This document shows positions 49,612 to 62,786 of a stretch of 64,000 nucleotides of DNA, in pieces. Source of the stretch: Neoechinorhynchus agilis (lineage: Eukaryota > Animalia > Acanthocephala); NCBI GenBank assembly GCA_051530055.1, contig CM121342.1:16073480-16137479 (forward strand). The letters run 5' to 3'. The translations under genes and the position numbers were made by a program. The notes under the pieces are model-generated. The model did not search any database, was not told the origin of the DNA, and worked only from the letters and a program-made list of their open reading frames with translations. Within the stretch, counting starts at the first letter, position 1; each line of letters opens with the position of its first letter.

Positions 49612-52600
49612 TTAGCTAACAATAATGTAGAAATGAAGTTCAACGCAATTTACCATTGACCAGGTCGGATCTTTTTTGTAGAATGATAAGCCATTACTGT
49701 TAATGAACCGTTGTAGTACGAACACCAAATCTTGTTCGCATCTTGATGGAAGGGGGCAATTATTTGAGCGAGCTATAAATGTGGGATGTGATTGATTCAG
49801 TATAACTCTGAGAGCAATGCAATCCATAGAAGACGATTTGAGTTCCTGTGCATATGGATAAATCATCGAGATTCAAAGAATAAAGAGCACCCGCCAATGT
49901 CCATGAAAGTCGATGCACTTAAACGGCATCCGCGAACAACTGTGCAGTTACTCTAAATTCTGACTTAACTTTACCAAAAAATGCATTGATATTCTTATCG
50001 TCATCTCCATCCAGAACGTCATTCATAAAAACGAAGGTCACGGGCCAGTTTAGTCCCAATAAAGATCCTCTGTACCGAAATCGGGAACATGAATGGTGTA
50101 CGGGGTGTATTATAGCGATATCCAGGTATTGGTGGTCGATAGGGCTTTGAAGACGGCATTTATGATCACAGGTGGATGCGCACGGCGGGAAAACATCGTT
50201 ATCCATCCATGTTACCTGGACAATTTCACTGTTTGGTCCACAATTTACTTTAAAATCGATTCCATCTATAAGTGATTGCTTTAGCTCCAAAATAGATGCT
50301 TCTGAGAGACGTACAATAACGCCATCTTCCACTAGACCAGCGCAGGTATCTGACTCTTCATCGGCTGCCTTTTCGGAGTTGGAAACTGCAAATACAATGA
50401 ACGATGCACCAGTTACTGTAGGATTGGCATAACACGAGGGAGCCACACGTTCAACATGCAAGGAGTTCTCCTTTTCCTCGCTTTTTTGGAAACTCTTCAT
50501 GTATCCGTCATTCTGGGTGCTTTCAAATACAACCAAGTGGGCATGAGCCATACAGTCGAACACTGCTCCGAAGGCGAGAATGTTTATACCTAATGATGCC
50601 TTTACCACTTGCTTTACGATGCTTTGAGCCGTTCGACATATTCGAATAAATACTCCTCCATTGCCGATAGATGTGTCTCTGGATCCACGAAGCGCTGATC
50701 CTGTCGTAATTGATACTCGCAACGTTGGCACCAAGGGTACAGTGAATTTGAGGTTTTTAAAGTCCTATAAAGGGCACTGGGTAATTTTTTAAAGCCTCTG
50801 CATAAGTTGGACAATAGGCATGTTAATTTATCAGTAAAAACACGAATCAATTGTCAAACTGCCAAAAGTTTCAATCTTCCCAAGATTCATGCACATATAA
50901 AATTACTTTGATTCAAAAAATTAAGTCTATAATACGGCTAAAAATTGTGTAAATACTATCCACGCATTTCTTTGTGTAACAAAAATTTAAAATTCGAATA
51001 TAATGTTAAACTACTCCTCGTTAAAGTATTAATAGAAGTGGTATTTGAAGGCTGTAAATAGCAAAATATGTTTCGAGAGAAAATTAACGAAACATATCGT
51101 CTAAATTTATATATTTCGAGTTGTGTGCTTCGTCCTATTCCGCGAAAAAACACTCTTCGAGCAATGCTGCGATTTTTAGTTGGTATTCGTAACTCATCAA
51201 CGTTTCGACGTTTGCATCACCATAATTTAAGGATTATATGAAATTTTCTTCTAATTTATTTTATATTTTTGGTTTGCCTAAAATATTTTTAAGCTGTAAA
51301 AATTGAAGTACTTACGCAAAGCACGCTTAATATTGACCGATCCAATACTGAATATACAGCGTTTCTCTGAAAGCAACTCTGCAGAGGGAAAGGATACACT
51401 AAGTCCAGAAACGGATAATCAGAATAAAACCGCTTTGCTACGTTACCTTGGCATTCAGCTCCAAGTTTTAAGAGCAGTCTTATTGGAAACAAATGGGCCA
51501 GCATTACTTCATTATTCCTAATGGAAACTCCAAATAAATATGGCGTGTGAACCCGGTTGAACAGTTTGATTCCGTGAAGACATTGGAAAGATCGTCGGAA
51601 ATAAATAAAACCTCCAACGTCGCGTTTAAGAAGCGCGTTAGAATCCACTTTGGTTAAGGCATACGGCATTATCCGATATCCTGCAGATGATTTTAAGTGT
51701 TCTGATGGTTTGGCGAATAAATACCTGCAGCAGCGCTGGAATAAATTGAACACATATGTCGAAATATGAACAGTGGAACTTGACTAGCTCTGCAGCACTT
51801 ATCGGTGAATACCTTCGATTGGTTGTTTTTGAGTTTAAAAATATCCTCACACTCGATTATATAAACAACTTCATCGCTTCCAACGGTACACATACCATTG
51901 CTTAGTATCAGCCAGCATAGTTTTCGTTCGTTAGACGTGGAATCCAAAGCGCAATTACCACAGGTAACTGTAAAGGGACCGAGATGTTATTGCAGTGTTC
52001 AGAAAACTAGGGAAAGGTCACGACGGAATGCTTGAAACGACCACTAAAAGATAATATATGAACTATAATTGAAAAAAAGAAATTCATGCTACTATGATTT
52101 ACATTCGGACCTCGGCATGATGCATAAGCACTAAGAAGACAAATTCAATTGACATAAAACATTACGAATAAAATACTTAAATAATGACTTAGTAACAATA
52201 AAATACTGCAATTTCAACTTGATCAGCCCGAAGGATTTTCTTTTTATGATTCGGAGATAACTTCAGTCTTGCTGATTGTTTTTTGAAATATTTGATCATT
52301 CGAGTGTACAAGGCGGGAAATTCTTTGTTTCAAGCATTTTTCACAAAATGGAAAGGCAAAAGGCAAATTTAAGTCGGAAATTCGATTTTTACGCAATAAT
52401 TTACAAGATAATCGTGAGTTTAACAAAATAGAGAATACTACGTTCAATTTCCATGTCTGACGATGAATCAGAATATACGTCAAAGAAATCACTTCAGATA
52501 AGGATATGTAGCGGACAAACGCACAAACGGTGATGTGACAAAATTCGAGGGACACAAAGACTTTTAAAATTCCATGTGCGGAATGCTCAAAGGTTTACAT

Positions 52601-55600
52601 TGGACAAACTATGCAAGGGATCAAGAAACGGATCTCGCAACATAAACAGGCTTGCAGGACTTTCGACAAATCCTCAGCAATCTCGAACTACCAGCAAACA
52701 ACCCAGCACAAGGTGGATTTTGAAAAAGCGGCATTCCTAACCAGCGAACCGGATCTGAGAAGAAGACTGATTCTCGAGGCCATTCACATCCGGGGGAATC
52801 CAACGATGGAAGGCAACAAATCAAACTTCACTCTGGTGCTACCAAAGTTGCGTAGCATGACGAACAAATTAGTCGGCAACAAACCGCAAGATGTGTGTGC
52901 GGATCGAACCCCCCACACTTCGGGTATTTGCAAATCCGCGGATCTGAGCTGCATCCAGACGTAACCGGCTGTGCAGGCTGTTTATGTCATCTCCATTTTA
53001 GATAGAGACTGAAGAGGCGAGGAAAACCTTGCGAAATATTTCTCAAATAAAAAAATGAGTAACGACAACACCGGGGACAGGATTCGCCAACGTACAATCA
53101 AATTCACCCCAAGGACAATGATATATGACTTTTAAATACTTACAATTAACGATTTGAACTTGTGCTTTTAGGTTGCTATTTAGGGCAAACCACAACGGAT
53201 ATTTTTCATTTGAATTTGGTTCAGCGACGTTTGTCGTTCCTTAATTTTTGTTATTAACACTGAACTCGTCGAATATGGCCTACCTCCTTCCGTTAACAAT
53301 CTAAATACATCACTAGTCAATGGCTCAAGAGTAAATGCTAATAGCGTAAGCAACTTAAATTTGAATACCCTTTCAATCAATGCTCACATGTCCGACTTTC
53401 GTCTATCATTGGGGGCCAATACACATTTCCTTCAGGTACAAAGCAATCACCAGTCCATCTGTCATCTGAATCTTCTACTGCAACAAGGCGTCCGGTGGTT
53501 TAAACGACGTAGAAAAGGGAAAACCTTGAAAGGAAAATCTCCGATCGTTAAAAAACGGACCAGTGTTATTGGAATTGATTGATGACTTAGATGAAGCTGA
53601 CTGGTCGCATACGTGATTTACACGATGCTCCGAATCCCCCGGAACGCCTCCATCAACAAAGCTAACACTGCGCTTCGAAACCTCCGTTGGAGAGGTAGAA
53701 GGTTCTCCCTCGGTATCCTCTGACACTGGTGATTTGGTTCGAGTTACTGAACATGACTCAGATGAAAACGAACTGTCTAAACTGACGAATTTCGACTATA
53801 ATTTCTCTCTCTCAACGATCACTTACCATCGACATTTACTCTGATATTCTTGATGGCGGGAGTGAGCGGTCTTCGGTTATTTTCAGGTTTATTCTTGACC
53901 ACGTCAGCGTATTGGTTACGTAATTTATCGACTAAATTGATTAGACAAGAGTGTGAGCGTAAGTAAATGGGGAAAATTATAAATTACTCAGCAGGAGACC
54001 ATACCGATAGGAGGACAACCGCAGCAAAGTTTCCCGCATTTGCATCGAATGTCGTCCGTCCATTTTTCGTCCAACAACGATAAATTGGATGAACAGCATT
54101 GAAGACATGGCAAGACAGCAACGCTGAATCCCTTTCGGTTTCTCATCATCGTATTGACCCAAAGACCGAGGAAACCGCTTTTTCACTTATATCCGGGTAA
54201 AACAAATGAGCCACTTTGTTTCTCTAATGAATGGTGCAGACACTCGAAAGAGGAGCAGGGGTGAAGGTGCACACAGAGAAGAGTCACCTGTAGACTTTTC
54301 CTTTAAGAATATGCACAAATGCTTTATGGGATAAAAAAGGAACTGGCAATACGATAGTGTCATTCGTCGTAAAAGTGGGACGACAAACGATGCCAATGGT
54401 TCTACTGCCCAGAAACAATGAGAATACTAACCCTGTGGAATCAATTGACTGCACATCTTGCACACTCTTACATCTTCTAAGAAAACAAGTAACGACAAAG
54501 CTAACGATTACACGGACAAAGTTGTTTTCGCACCTTTTTCAACATCAGCTTCATAAAAGCTCATTTTTAACTTCGACCTCGAACATGGTCCGCAAAATAT
54601 CTATTTAAAAAGAGGAAAGGATCTTAACACGGTCAGAATAAAATCTCTTAAAAGTTGCGGTAAAGTCTACAATATGAATTTCGGAAATTTAATAGCTGAC
54701 CTATAAACGTGAAAAATAAATTGAAATGATTTAACCATCCACAAGGGAGCGACAATACCATTCTACATATCATTTCACAGCGAAATTATCTTTTACACTT
54801 TCGGTGAGAATAATCCCGGTAAAGTGTAATTTTATTATCCCGAAGGACTTTCTATCGATGATTATCTTTTATGTAAATGAATTTATAAGATAACGATAAA
54901 AAATTTAAGCCATGCAATTCATTTTAGCTTCTACATAGAATTCATTGCCAGAAAACGACTCGTTTTTAATTACATGGCGACCTTTTTATAGGTGTGAAAT
55001 GATCGTTGTTGAACTTAGGATAGCGATCAATTCAGAAAAGTTGATCACTTCGATAGAGACTCATCGGTTGGGATATCAAAACTCCACCTACCCTTCTCAA
55101 GAACGACGGAAATATATCTTGTCGGTTCATGTTAGCTAAAAGCTCCGATAAGGCAAAGACTTTATCAAAGCGAAAAAGTAAGTCAAAATGCCTCACATTA
55201 GTTTTGATGACATTTTGACTATCTATTTTGTGTCCCCCTTCTTTTTCTCGATTTCTGAAAATTCACGACACTCGTTGGATATGCACACTGAACAGCCATC
55301 TTCTCATTTTCGCTCAGACTTACAAGGCCACATGAACGACAATGATGCCGTCGTCGAGTCACAGTGAATAAAACGCCACATTCGAGACAGGCTTTCGTTT
55401 GAGCATCTTCTATCCAGACTGGTGGTATCCGTGCAAGTTCTTTTAAGCTCTTTGGCAGCAAATAATAATCGAAGCAATTTATTATGCTTATCGGCTCGAT
55501 CGCTGCGTGTTTTTTGTAAGGACTTTCATCGTTAGATTCTATTTCCGTTTGATAATATGCCACCGGGAGTGCAGAGCACGTGAATGCGATGTTGTTCAAT

Positions 55601-55768
55601 TTGTAATACTCCGACCCTTTAAATTTCGATGATATTTACTCAAAAGCAATCAATGTATTACCTGGTGATGAATGAACGAAGCTATCCACGTCAGCAAAAT
55701 CGAAAGCATCTGATTGGAAAGTCATAAAAGAAGCACGACTCTGCACACTCGGGAAAGCCGGGTTTGCT
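49612..55768 (-). CDS. ZFYVE9: SARA/endofin family FYVE protein (multi-exon; start not located)
   Basis: PPVWIED...CLEC...RRRHHCRSCG, IFC..C, VRVCKMC, RSVSFVDG, CWLILSNGM, PYLFG, FPIRLLLKLGAE, VTGASFIVF, VEDGVIV, QSPID, IALRV, VELHFYII. Could equally be called ZFYVE16-like. Confidence 0.88.
49864..49924 (-). other. Hairpin-bounded non-canonical intron candidate, SARA last intron (61 nt; GT...TG or TT...AT)
   Basis: Joins LFADA to IYPYAQELK; stem at 49864-49875 and 49904-49915 (6 bp, 2 mismatches, 4 bp). Confidence 0.62.
52550..53125 (+). mobile_element. Penelope-like 3' fragment (GIY-YIG plus terminal repeat) inside a SARA intron
   Basis: FKIPCAECSKVYIGQT...ILEAIHIRGNP; same family as 26390-27165. 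Confidence 0.88.
53001..53048 (+). ncRNA. Minimal hammerhead ribozyme
   Basis: GAGA-CTGAAGA-G-GCGAGG-AAAA-CCTTGC-GAAATATT-TCTC. Confidence 0.8.
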
Positions 55769-57399
55769 CTAAAAAACTTGTTTGAGTTTCGAATTTGCTA
55801 CGAAGTGACGATGTGACGCAGATTTTTATAGCACGTAGGGGCGTGGTTGCTTCTCAATTGAGCAACTATTCAATGTGGGGCGAAGCAATGAACAAAATCA
55901 TTCAGCAAACTTCCGCTAAATGCTGACTCAGGAATGCCCATAAATGGTTTCAAGTTAACTGCTCGCGTCAGGTGGTCGTGCTCTACATCTTTCCATTTCT
56001 TCGCATGATCTCCCACCTTCCATATCGCATTTTTTACCCCCGTTCTCGTCTATGCGTGCTTTCCTTAAACGTATTCCGCCGCAATATGAGTCTCTTTTAA
56101 GAAACAACATACTTATGATTTATTAATTTTCCCATATTTTGGATCTTTAAGAGCTTTCCTCAAGAGGAACAAAATTTTAATGAGAACTCTTTGAAAAAAA
56201 TACACTTTTAATCACAACGCATCAAACCTTCTGTTCCTTATCTTACAATTTCAAATTTTAAAGTTACTTCGAGGTACTTCATCTTTAGAAAACACCGAAA
56301 TCTGACCTTTTGCAGCTCCAATTTAATATCAACAAATATTATCTAGTGAACTATGCCATTCTCTTTTTTATGTGAAGAATATTAATTTTATTGTACGGAT
56401 TTAGTCAATTTTACCAATCACAAAATGCAAAACCTTACGATTTTTTGTCGAAATTAACAACCAGTGACTTGCCGTAACATTTCTTAAACAAAAATTTAAA
56501 ATGGAATATGTGAAGATGATGTATTTTGCGAATTCTAATACATTTTACTTTTGGAAGAAACTCATGTTGTCAACCAGTGGATGCTGAATAGAAATAAGTG
56601 CGTAAAATCGACAGTATTCATAGAATTAAGCACATACACTCGTCAAAGACACTTTCGATCAATAGTTAGAAATTTAGCATTATCTTATTGTGGAAAATAG
56701 AACAAAACAACTTTATTTCAACACACATACCTTTTGTTTGTTGAATATTTTCTAAAAAGAACGGATTTTTACATGTCAAATAATTAATCGATAAGAGCTC
56801 ATCATTCACCTGTTCAAAAATTAGATAAAACGAGACGATGACCAAAAAATAATAATAAACGACCGAGTAGTAATGGGGAAGGTGAAAAGTCCCAAACCAT
56901 AGACATTTTTAAGCCTCAGTAAGAGGCACTGATTCGCACATTGTCGATGCTCCATTGGAACAAAAGCTTCAGCAGATGGACCTACATTGAGGATAGCCTT
57001 CCATTAAACACAATTGAAAAAATACTTTAGTCATGATTTGTAATTTAAAATCAACTGATTTGTTACTGGTGAGTTACAATACTAATTTTCAAAAGTATTG
57101 AAATACATTTCCTTGGTAAAGAATCAAAATATGCATCTTCTACTAATATTTTGTAAATTTTCACACGCAAGTCTTATGACCGTTAAAATGTGAGAAGGTT
57201 CCATAAAATCCTTTAATCTCATAAATGAACTATTGTTGTCTAGACCTTTTCATCATTATAGCTTTATCCTGTGGACTGGTTATAATCGTGCAACAACAAA
57301 CAAAACAATTTATTCGAAGAAAACCGTAGGGACAGAGAGGAGATGGGATTGACAAGTAGGGTTCTTTTTTTGTCTTACAATTGCCAGCTAAACATTAAC

Positions 57400-60300
57400 T
57401 TCGCTTCATTGTTTAGTTTTCTCAGTTCAGTTGGTTGTTCGTGCCCAGGGCTAGGGTAGTTTGCTCAGAGCGCTAAGAAAGGTGCTAATGAAGTCTTCAC
57501 GTTGCTCTGGTGGACGGCCTCTTGAATAAAGAAAACTAAACCTACCACTGCCCAGTAATTCTAGATCGATTTGATCACACGGTTTGTGATTCCTAATTTC
57601 GCGCTGGGATGTAGTTAGACTCACTAATAACAGGGGTCAGCTCATCTGCATAGAGAGTTATAGACCCTTCTGAATACAGAACTGTGTTGCTATGCAGAAG
57701 AGAATGAGTGCAGGAGGTGAGCCTTGGGGTACCCCTTTGGAAGGATAAAACGAAATTCTGTTCAGATCGTCCTGAAAACTTTTCTTTACATTCACCACCT
57801 CCCACCAAATTCCAGCTTTTGTCCTTCCTCGACCGTCGCCATCACGCTGGCAGCATTGCCCCGTTGTACTGCCAAAAGAATTTAGATTTCATTATATTGT
57901 TGACTCTAACAATGAGATTATAGTGAAAATTGATATACCTCAAAATCTTTATTGCAAATTCGATGTCTATGTTGTCAAATGCTTTTGTAATGTCGAAAGC
58001 AAAATTTTCATCGCATATCCTCCTTTTTTAAAATTAGAAATAATTTCTTTAATTGCTGAATGAACCGACTTTCCAAGCAAAAAACCATGACAACGGGAAT
58101 CTATGCAGTGGTGCACCAAGACAATATCTAAGATTACTTTGGCAAGAGCTCTTATATAGAAACAAGTGAGCTTTGTATAGAGTTTGGTTGAACGTCTTAG
58201 GGGGAGGCAACCTTGCTGCGCTTTTGCTTTATAAAAAAAATTCGTTTTGTCATATTTATTTCCGACTAATGTCACAGAGGCTGTGATCAATGCCCGTGCT
58301 ATAAAAGACCTGATTTTCATATCCAAAATATTAGTGACTTTGAAACACGCAGAAGCCCGTTGTTTGATGCTTATTCCTGAATCCCCAACTCATTGCGATT
58401 TCGGATGGTGTTAGATCTCGACGTCTAGGCTTTATCGGCAGAAATTCCTTAAAAACAGGGATTTCCTCGCAGCCTCTGGCATGTTCAGCACAGAGAGCCT
58501 GAACCACTGCACCTTAGCTGGCTTCCATGATCCAACCTCCACCTGCTTGCTGGGAGACCGTGCGCCACCAGGGAGAAGAGTTTAATACGAGTGAGCCCAC
58601 GCATTTTTTATCAATGTTCAGCTGGAATCGGGCTCTGCAAGGCCAATATAAACTTCCCCAAAACTGAGCTGAGGCCGTATCCTCGTAGCTTTTTGCAACC
58701 ATTAATTGCCTCCCGAAAAGTGACAACAGTTTAGGCCTACGAATGAAGCTATTTGTACGGGTAACCGTGGAAAGGAATCTATCACTGAAGACGACCAAGA
58801 ATTCGTTGATTTCTCCCAAGCTAGCATTTATGTTACCACAGCAGAACAGATTTAGAACTAAGTTAAAAAGATGGATGTTTAAACTATTAAGTTTGAATTT
58901 CTTACATAAAAGTTGATTCCTCTCAAGGTTCCAAACCATAAGATCGTGTCCAAAGTTATCGTAAGAGGCAATTTGGGCCGATGCAGAGGGCCATTTTTGA
59001 GACGGATCATTGAAATCACCAAAGGCAAAGTCTACTCCTGGATTAAGAAGATAGCGCATCAACTCTTTTGATTTAGGCAGATGTATTTTTCGAGGACGGA
59101 TGTAGATATTGCAGGCTATTAGATTCCTTTCAAAAAGACAGAACAAAAACACATCGTATGACAAGTCAGGGGTGGTGAATTGAGATAAACGTTGTGGATT
59201 TAATGTCCTTTTAAAAACCGACAATAGCCCTTGAGAACTATCAGTGGCTGGCGCTGTAATGAAGATGGTACAATTATCCAGTGAACAACCTAAAGGAAAT
59301 TGGCAGGTCGTTTAATCCATGGAGAGATTTAGTTTCTTGCACGAAAGCTATGTCTGATGAAGAGATCGCTGTGGTCAAACGACGAATTGCTAAGAGTCCC
59401 CCTGAGTTCCATTGCACCAGTCTTAGGCTCATTGCAGATCAGGTCCCTTTTTTGTATGAGCTTATGTATCCCCCTGGCACAAACCTCGGTTTGCTTATCT
59501 ATAACCTCCCGAACATAATCCTCCATCTCGTCCATTTCGGCCTCTTCAATATTAATACTGATTGGAGACATTACTATCCTTCCCTTGCTCCGGGCTGGGT
59601 CGAGACAGAGTGATACAGGTTTGATATTGTCCAATCGAACGTTGATAGCCTCCATCAGGTAGCTGAAGCGTGCGGCCAATCTGCTCTCCAGATCTTTAAT
59701 CGCATTACTGATGCGAAGATCTACCAGATTCAAAATCTTTTCTGAGAATTCGTTGAGTTTGTCATTCAGCGATTGAGAGCTGCTCGGACGCCATGACGAG
59801 TTGAGATTTTTGTTGCCAGTAGAAGTCGACTTGAAAACTTTAGGTTTGGGTGGCTTCGGCGGTACAACGATACGGAAGTTATCCGAAGCTTCCTTGATCC
59901 TAGCCCATGTGAGATAATCCCGGAAGGCTGAGCACGATCTCGAAAAAGCACAGTGTCCGTCTTGATGACAGTTGGCGCAATGTTTAGCTGATTTTGGGCA
60001 ATTCGACGAGTGGTGACCTTGTGCGCACAACGCACATATCGTTCTTTTTGACGGGCAGTTTTGAGCCCAGTGCCCCATACTTGGCAAATGCTGCATCTGG
60101 GAAAATTATAGTCGTCCTGCATCGAGATTTGGTTGGATGTAAAATATATCCGCATACTGTTGAAATAGCATTCGCTTTTGATTAGAGAGTTCTGCACGTC
60201 CACGGGTGCTTTGACTACTGCTCTCGGTATTGGTTTGCTGCTTTTTTTGCCCTTTTAAGAAAAATAGTATCGCACATCCGAACCGCTTCTCGAATTTGTT

Positions 60301-60850
60301 TCGGTCTTCCTGGTCGATGTCCGGGGACAATCCCGACACTATAAACGTAGATAAGTAACTTGTAGTCGAAATTTCAAGGTTGTCGTGTTCACACTTTGAA
60401 GGACTTTCCCATATTCCATCAGGATTTCACCTGAGGCGAATTGAACTTTAAGGGCTCCTCCAAAGTACGAGATAGAGCGGATCCTGTACTTTTCGTTCTT
60501 ATTGGATTTTAAACATGATATGAGGAAGCGTTTTTGGAGCGTATCCCGAGGAGGAATTGGATTAGCCTTTAACGAAATAGAATAAGGCCATTTCCTCGTT
60601 GACAGGTTTATGTATTTTAATTCCTTATTTTCCTTACCGGCCTCGTCTGTCGATTCTTGTTGTATGTTTCGTAAGGCAGCAATCACTTGCTTCTTGTTTG
60701 CTGAAGTCAGATTGATCTTCAGGGAAATTGGTTTTTTTGAGACTTTTAGGGCCTTCCTTCCTCGATAATCGGGAGGATCGCGCGGTAACGAGTCCATAAG
60801 CGAGAAATGACCGCTATCTTCGTTAGAACGAAAACGCGACATTTTCCAAC
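57400..60850 (-). mobile_element. Decayed I/Jockey-group LINE: ORF1 with three CCHC knuckles, APE endonuclease and RT
   Basis: GHWAQNC..CALCAQGH..C..CANCHQDGH; IYIRP, FGDFN; GFLLGKS; LYADEL; frameshifted. Confidence 0.8.
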
Positions 60851-60869
60851 GAAAACGTTGTTAGTGTTA

Positions 60870-62300
60870 AAACCGCACTTCATCGTGCAACAACAAGGAG
60901 AATTTTTTCAGCGTAACAGCGTCGGAGGATATCTGTGCGAGATGTGTATGGCAAAAATACTTTAGAAACCCAGCCCACGCTTGTGGCAACGAATTAATGT
61001 GCCTGAAAAACGCTTGGATAAACAGTGGCTTGTGTTCGCGGGGACAACCTCTAGAAATAAAAACAAGGCTGGTGACAGCCCAAGTTTTCCGCCCGAGGAT
61101 GCTTAGCTTGTAGGGCACACAAGAATTAATCGATAAGGACTGAGAATTGTTTCATAAAAGTGCAGGAAAGAATATTTTAAGATATATGCTTATATGGCCG
61201 TGGTATAGTGTTTAGATACTCTACGGATTGTTCGATTAAGAGTTTCATCCTGTCTGCTCTGAGACATTTTATCACAAAAGTGATGTTATCCGCATAAAGG
61301 ATCATAGATGCATTAAGAGTAAAGTTTTGTACAATATATTGAGACGACAAAAAGAATAGAGTAGGAGAGAACGGATATCCTTGCGGTACTCCATTAACAG
61401 GGTAAAATAAAGTCTTGCAGACATCGTCGTCGTCAGAATAAAAGGATTTCGAGAAAAGCGTACTGTGAATCCTGGCGACTAGGTTATGAGGAACACTGAA
61501 AAATTCCAACATTTCGATGATAAAGCTCAGAGGGAGATTTTTTCAAAGGCCTGAGACAGGTATACTGCTAGAATTGCACGTAGATGATATGCGGCGTCGT
61601 CGAAATTCGGGTAAATATCAGCCAACGCTGAATGAACAGATTTCCCCTTCCAGAAACCATGACAGTTTTTGGATATGTACTGGTGCTCCGTGACAAAAAG
61701 ATTAAGTTTATGCGCTAGAGTCCGTTAGTAGATGATGGTCAAGAGAGCGGGCGAAGTTCGTTGGGTACCTTGATTGACTTCCTCTCATTTTTAACCCAAA
61801 AGATGCGTCGCAAGATGTTGATATATCTCCAGACATATGGGGAGCACTTCAAGTTTGCTATGTGGCGGGCGCAATTCCGAGGGAGCAATGAAAAGCATTT
61901 GGTTCCTGACGTGCTGTTGGAAGAGGACACTAAGATTTAGGGACCAAACTTTGGCACTATCATTCTGAGTCAAATCAGAGAGGTTACGAATTAATCTGCG
62001 AAATATGATTGGCGGAATATTTCCTTTGGCGCAAGCGAAGGCATGAAAATCAAAGATAGAAGTTAGTATCTGGTCCAAAGTGAAAGTTTTTAACCAGGAG
62101 GTTACCTTTGATTTCCAGTTGATGAATTTCTTCCTCGAAATCGTATTCCACCACTTCGAAGAAAAAGGTTTTAAAGATTTTAAAAGGGCGCCGTCGAATA
62201 CCATTTGTTGTCTGCATCGAGTTGCCACTATTGACTGGAGAGTACTTCAACAAGAAAAACGTCTCCGCAATGTTTAGCTTGATATAGTTGACGCCCATAT
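60870..62300 (-). mobile_element. Second decayed LINE RT fragment
   Basis: GVPQGYPFSPTLF and LYADN motifs. Confidence 0.7.
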
Positions 62301-62786
62301 CGTGCAACATGTTCGTCTAGGAGTGAATTGTGGGCATACAATTGATTTTGATGGCGCGAATATGACTAACGTACGGCCATATTTACGAAATCGTTTGGTA
62401 ATGGAAGCCACCGAAATAAGCTGCTCAGGTCAGCCGATGGAAGGTAATAAAGCCAGTTTAAAATTGCCATTGAAAAGGCGGTAATACTCTTGCTCGAAGG
62501 TTCTAGTGAACAACGAGTCCATGAACAGGGGTTTGGCGAACATGTTGCCCGAACGTGTAATATCAGAAGTAAATTAGTGAATCTAAATCCGGGGTGGCAA
62601 AACTACCAAAAGAAAGTCTCTTTCCCCCAAAGATGATAATCTAAGACAAAGATTATATATTCACTGAATTGTTTCATTTTAAATGACTTTTTTTTCTGTA
62701 TTTTAGTGATACTTGTCGCATCTAACTAGTGCAACCGCCCCTACCACATCTTTAACTTTACTTTATTCTGCATTACTAAGTTGCAC

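Larger units (their letters stand above)
51968..53241 (-). other. Candidate AG...AG intron of SARA containing a Penelope fragment
   Basis: Homology suggests VLITKI joined to ITCGNC...RKLCW; weak terminal stem AAGGAACGA / TCGGTCCCTT; donor uncertain. Confidence 0.4.
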
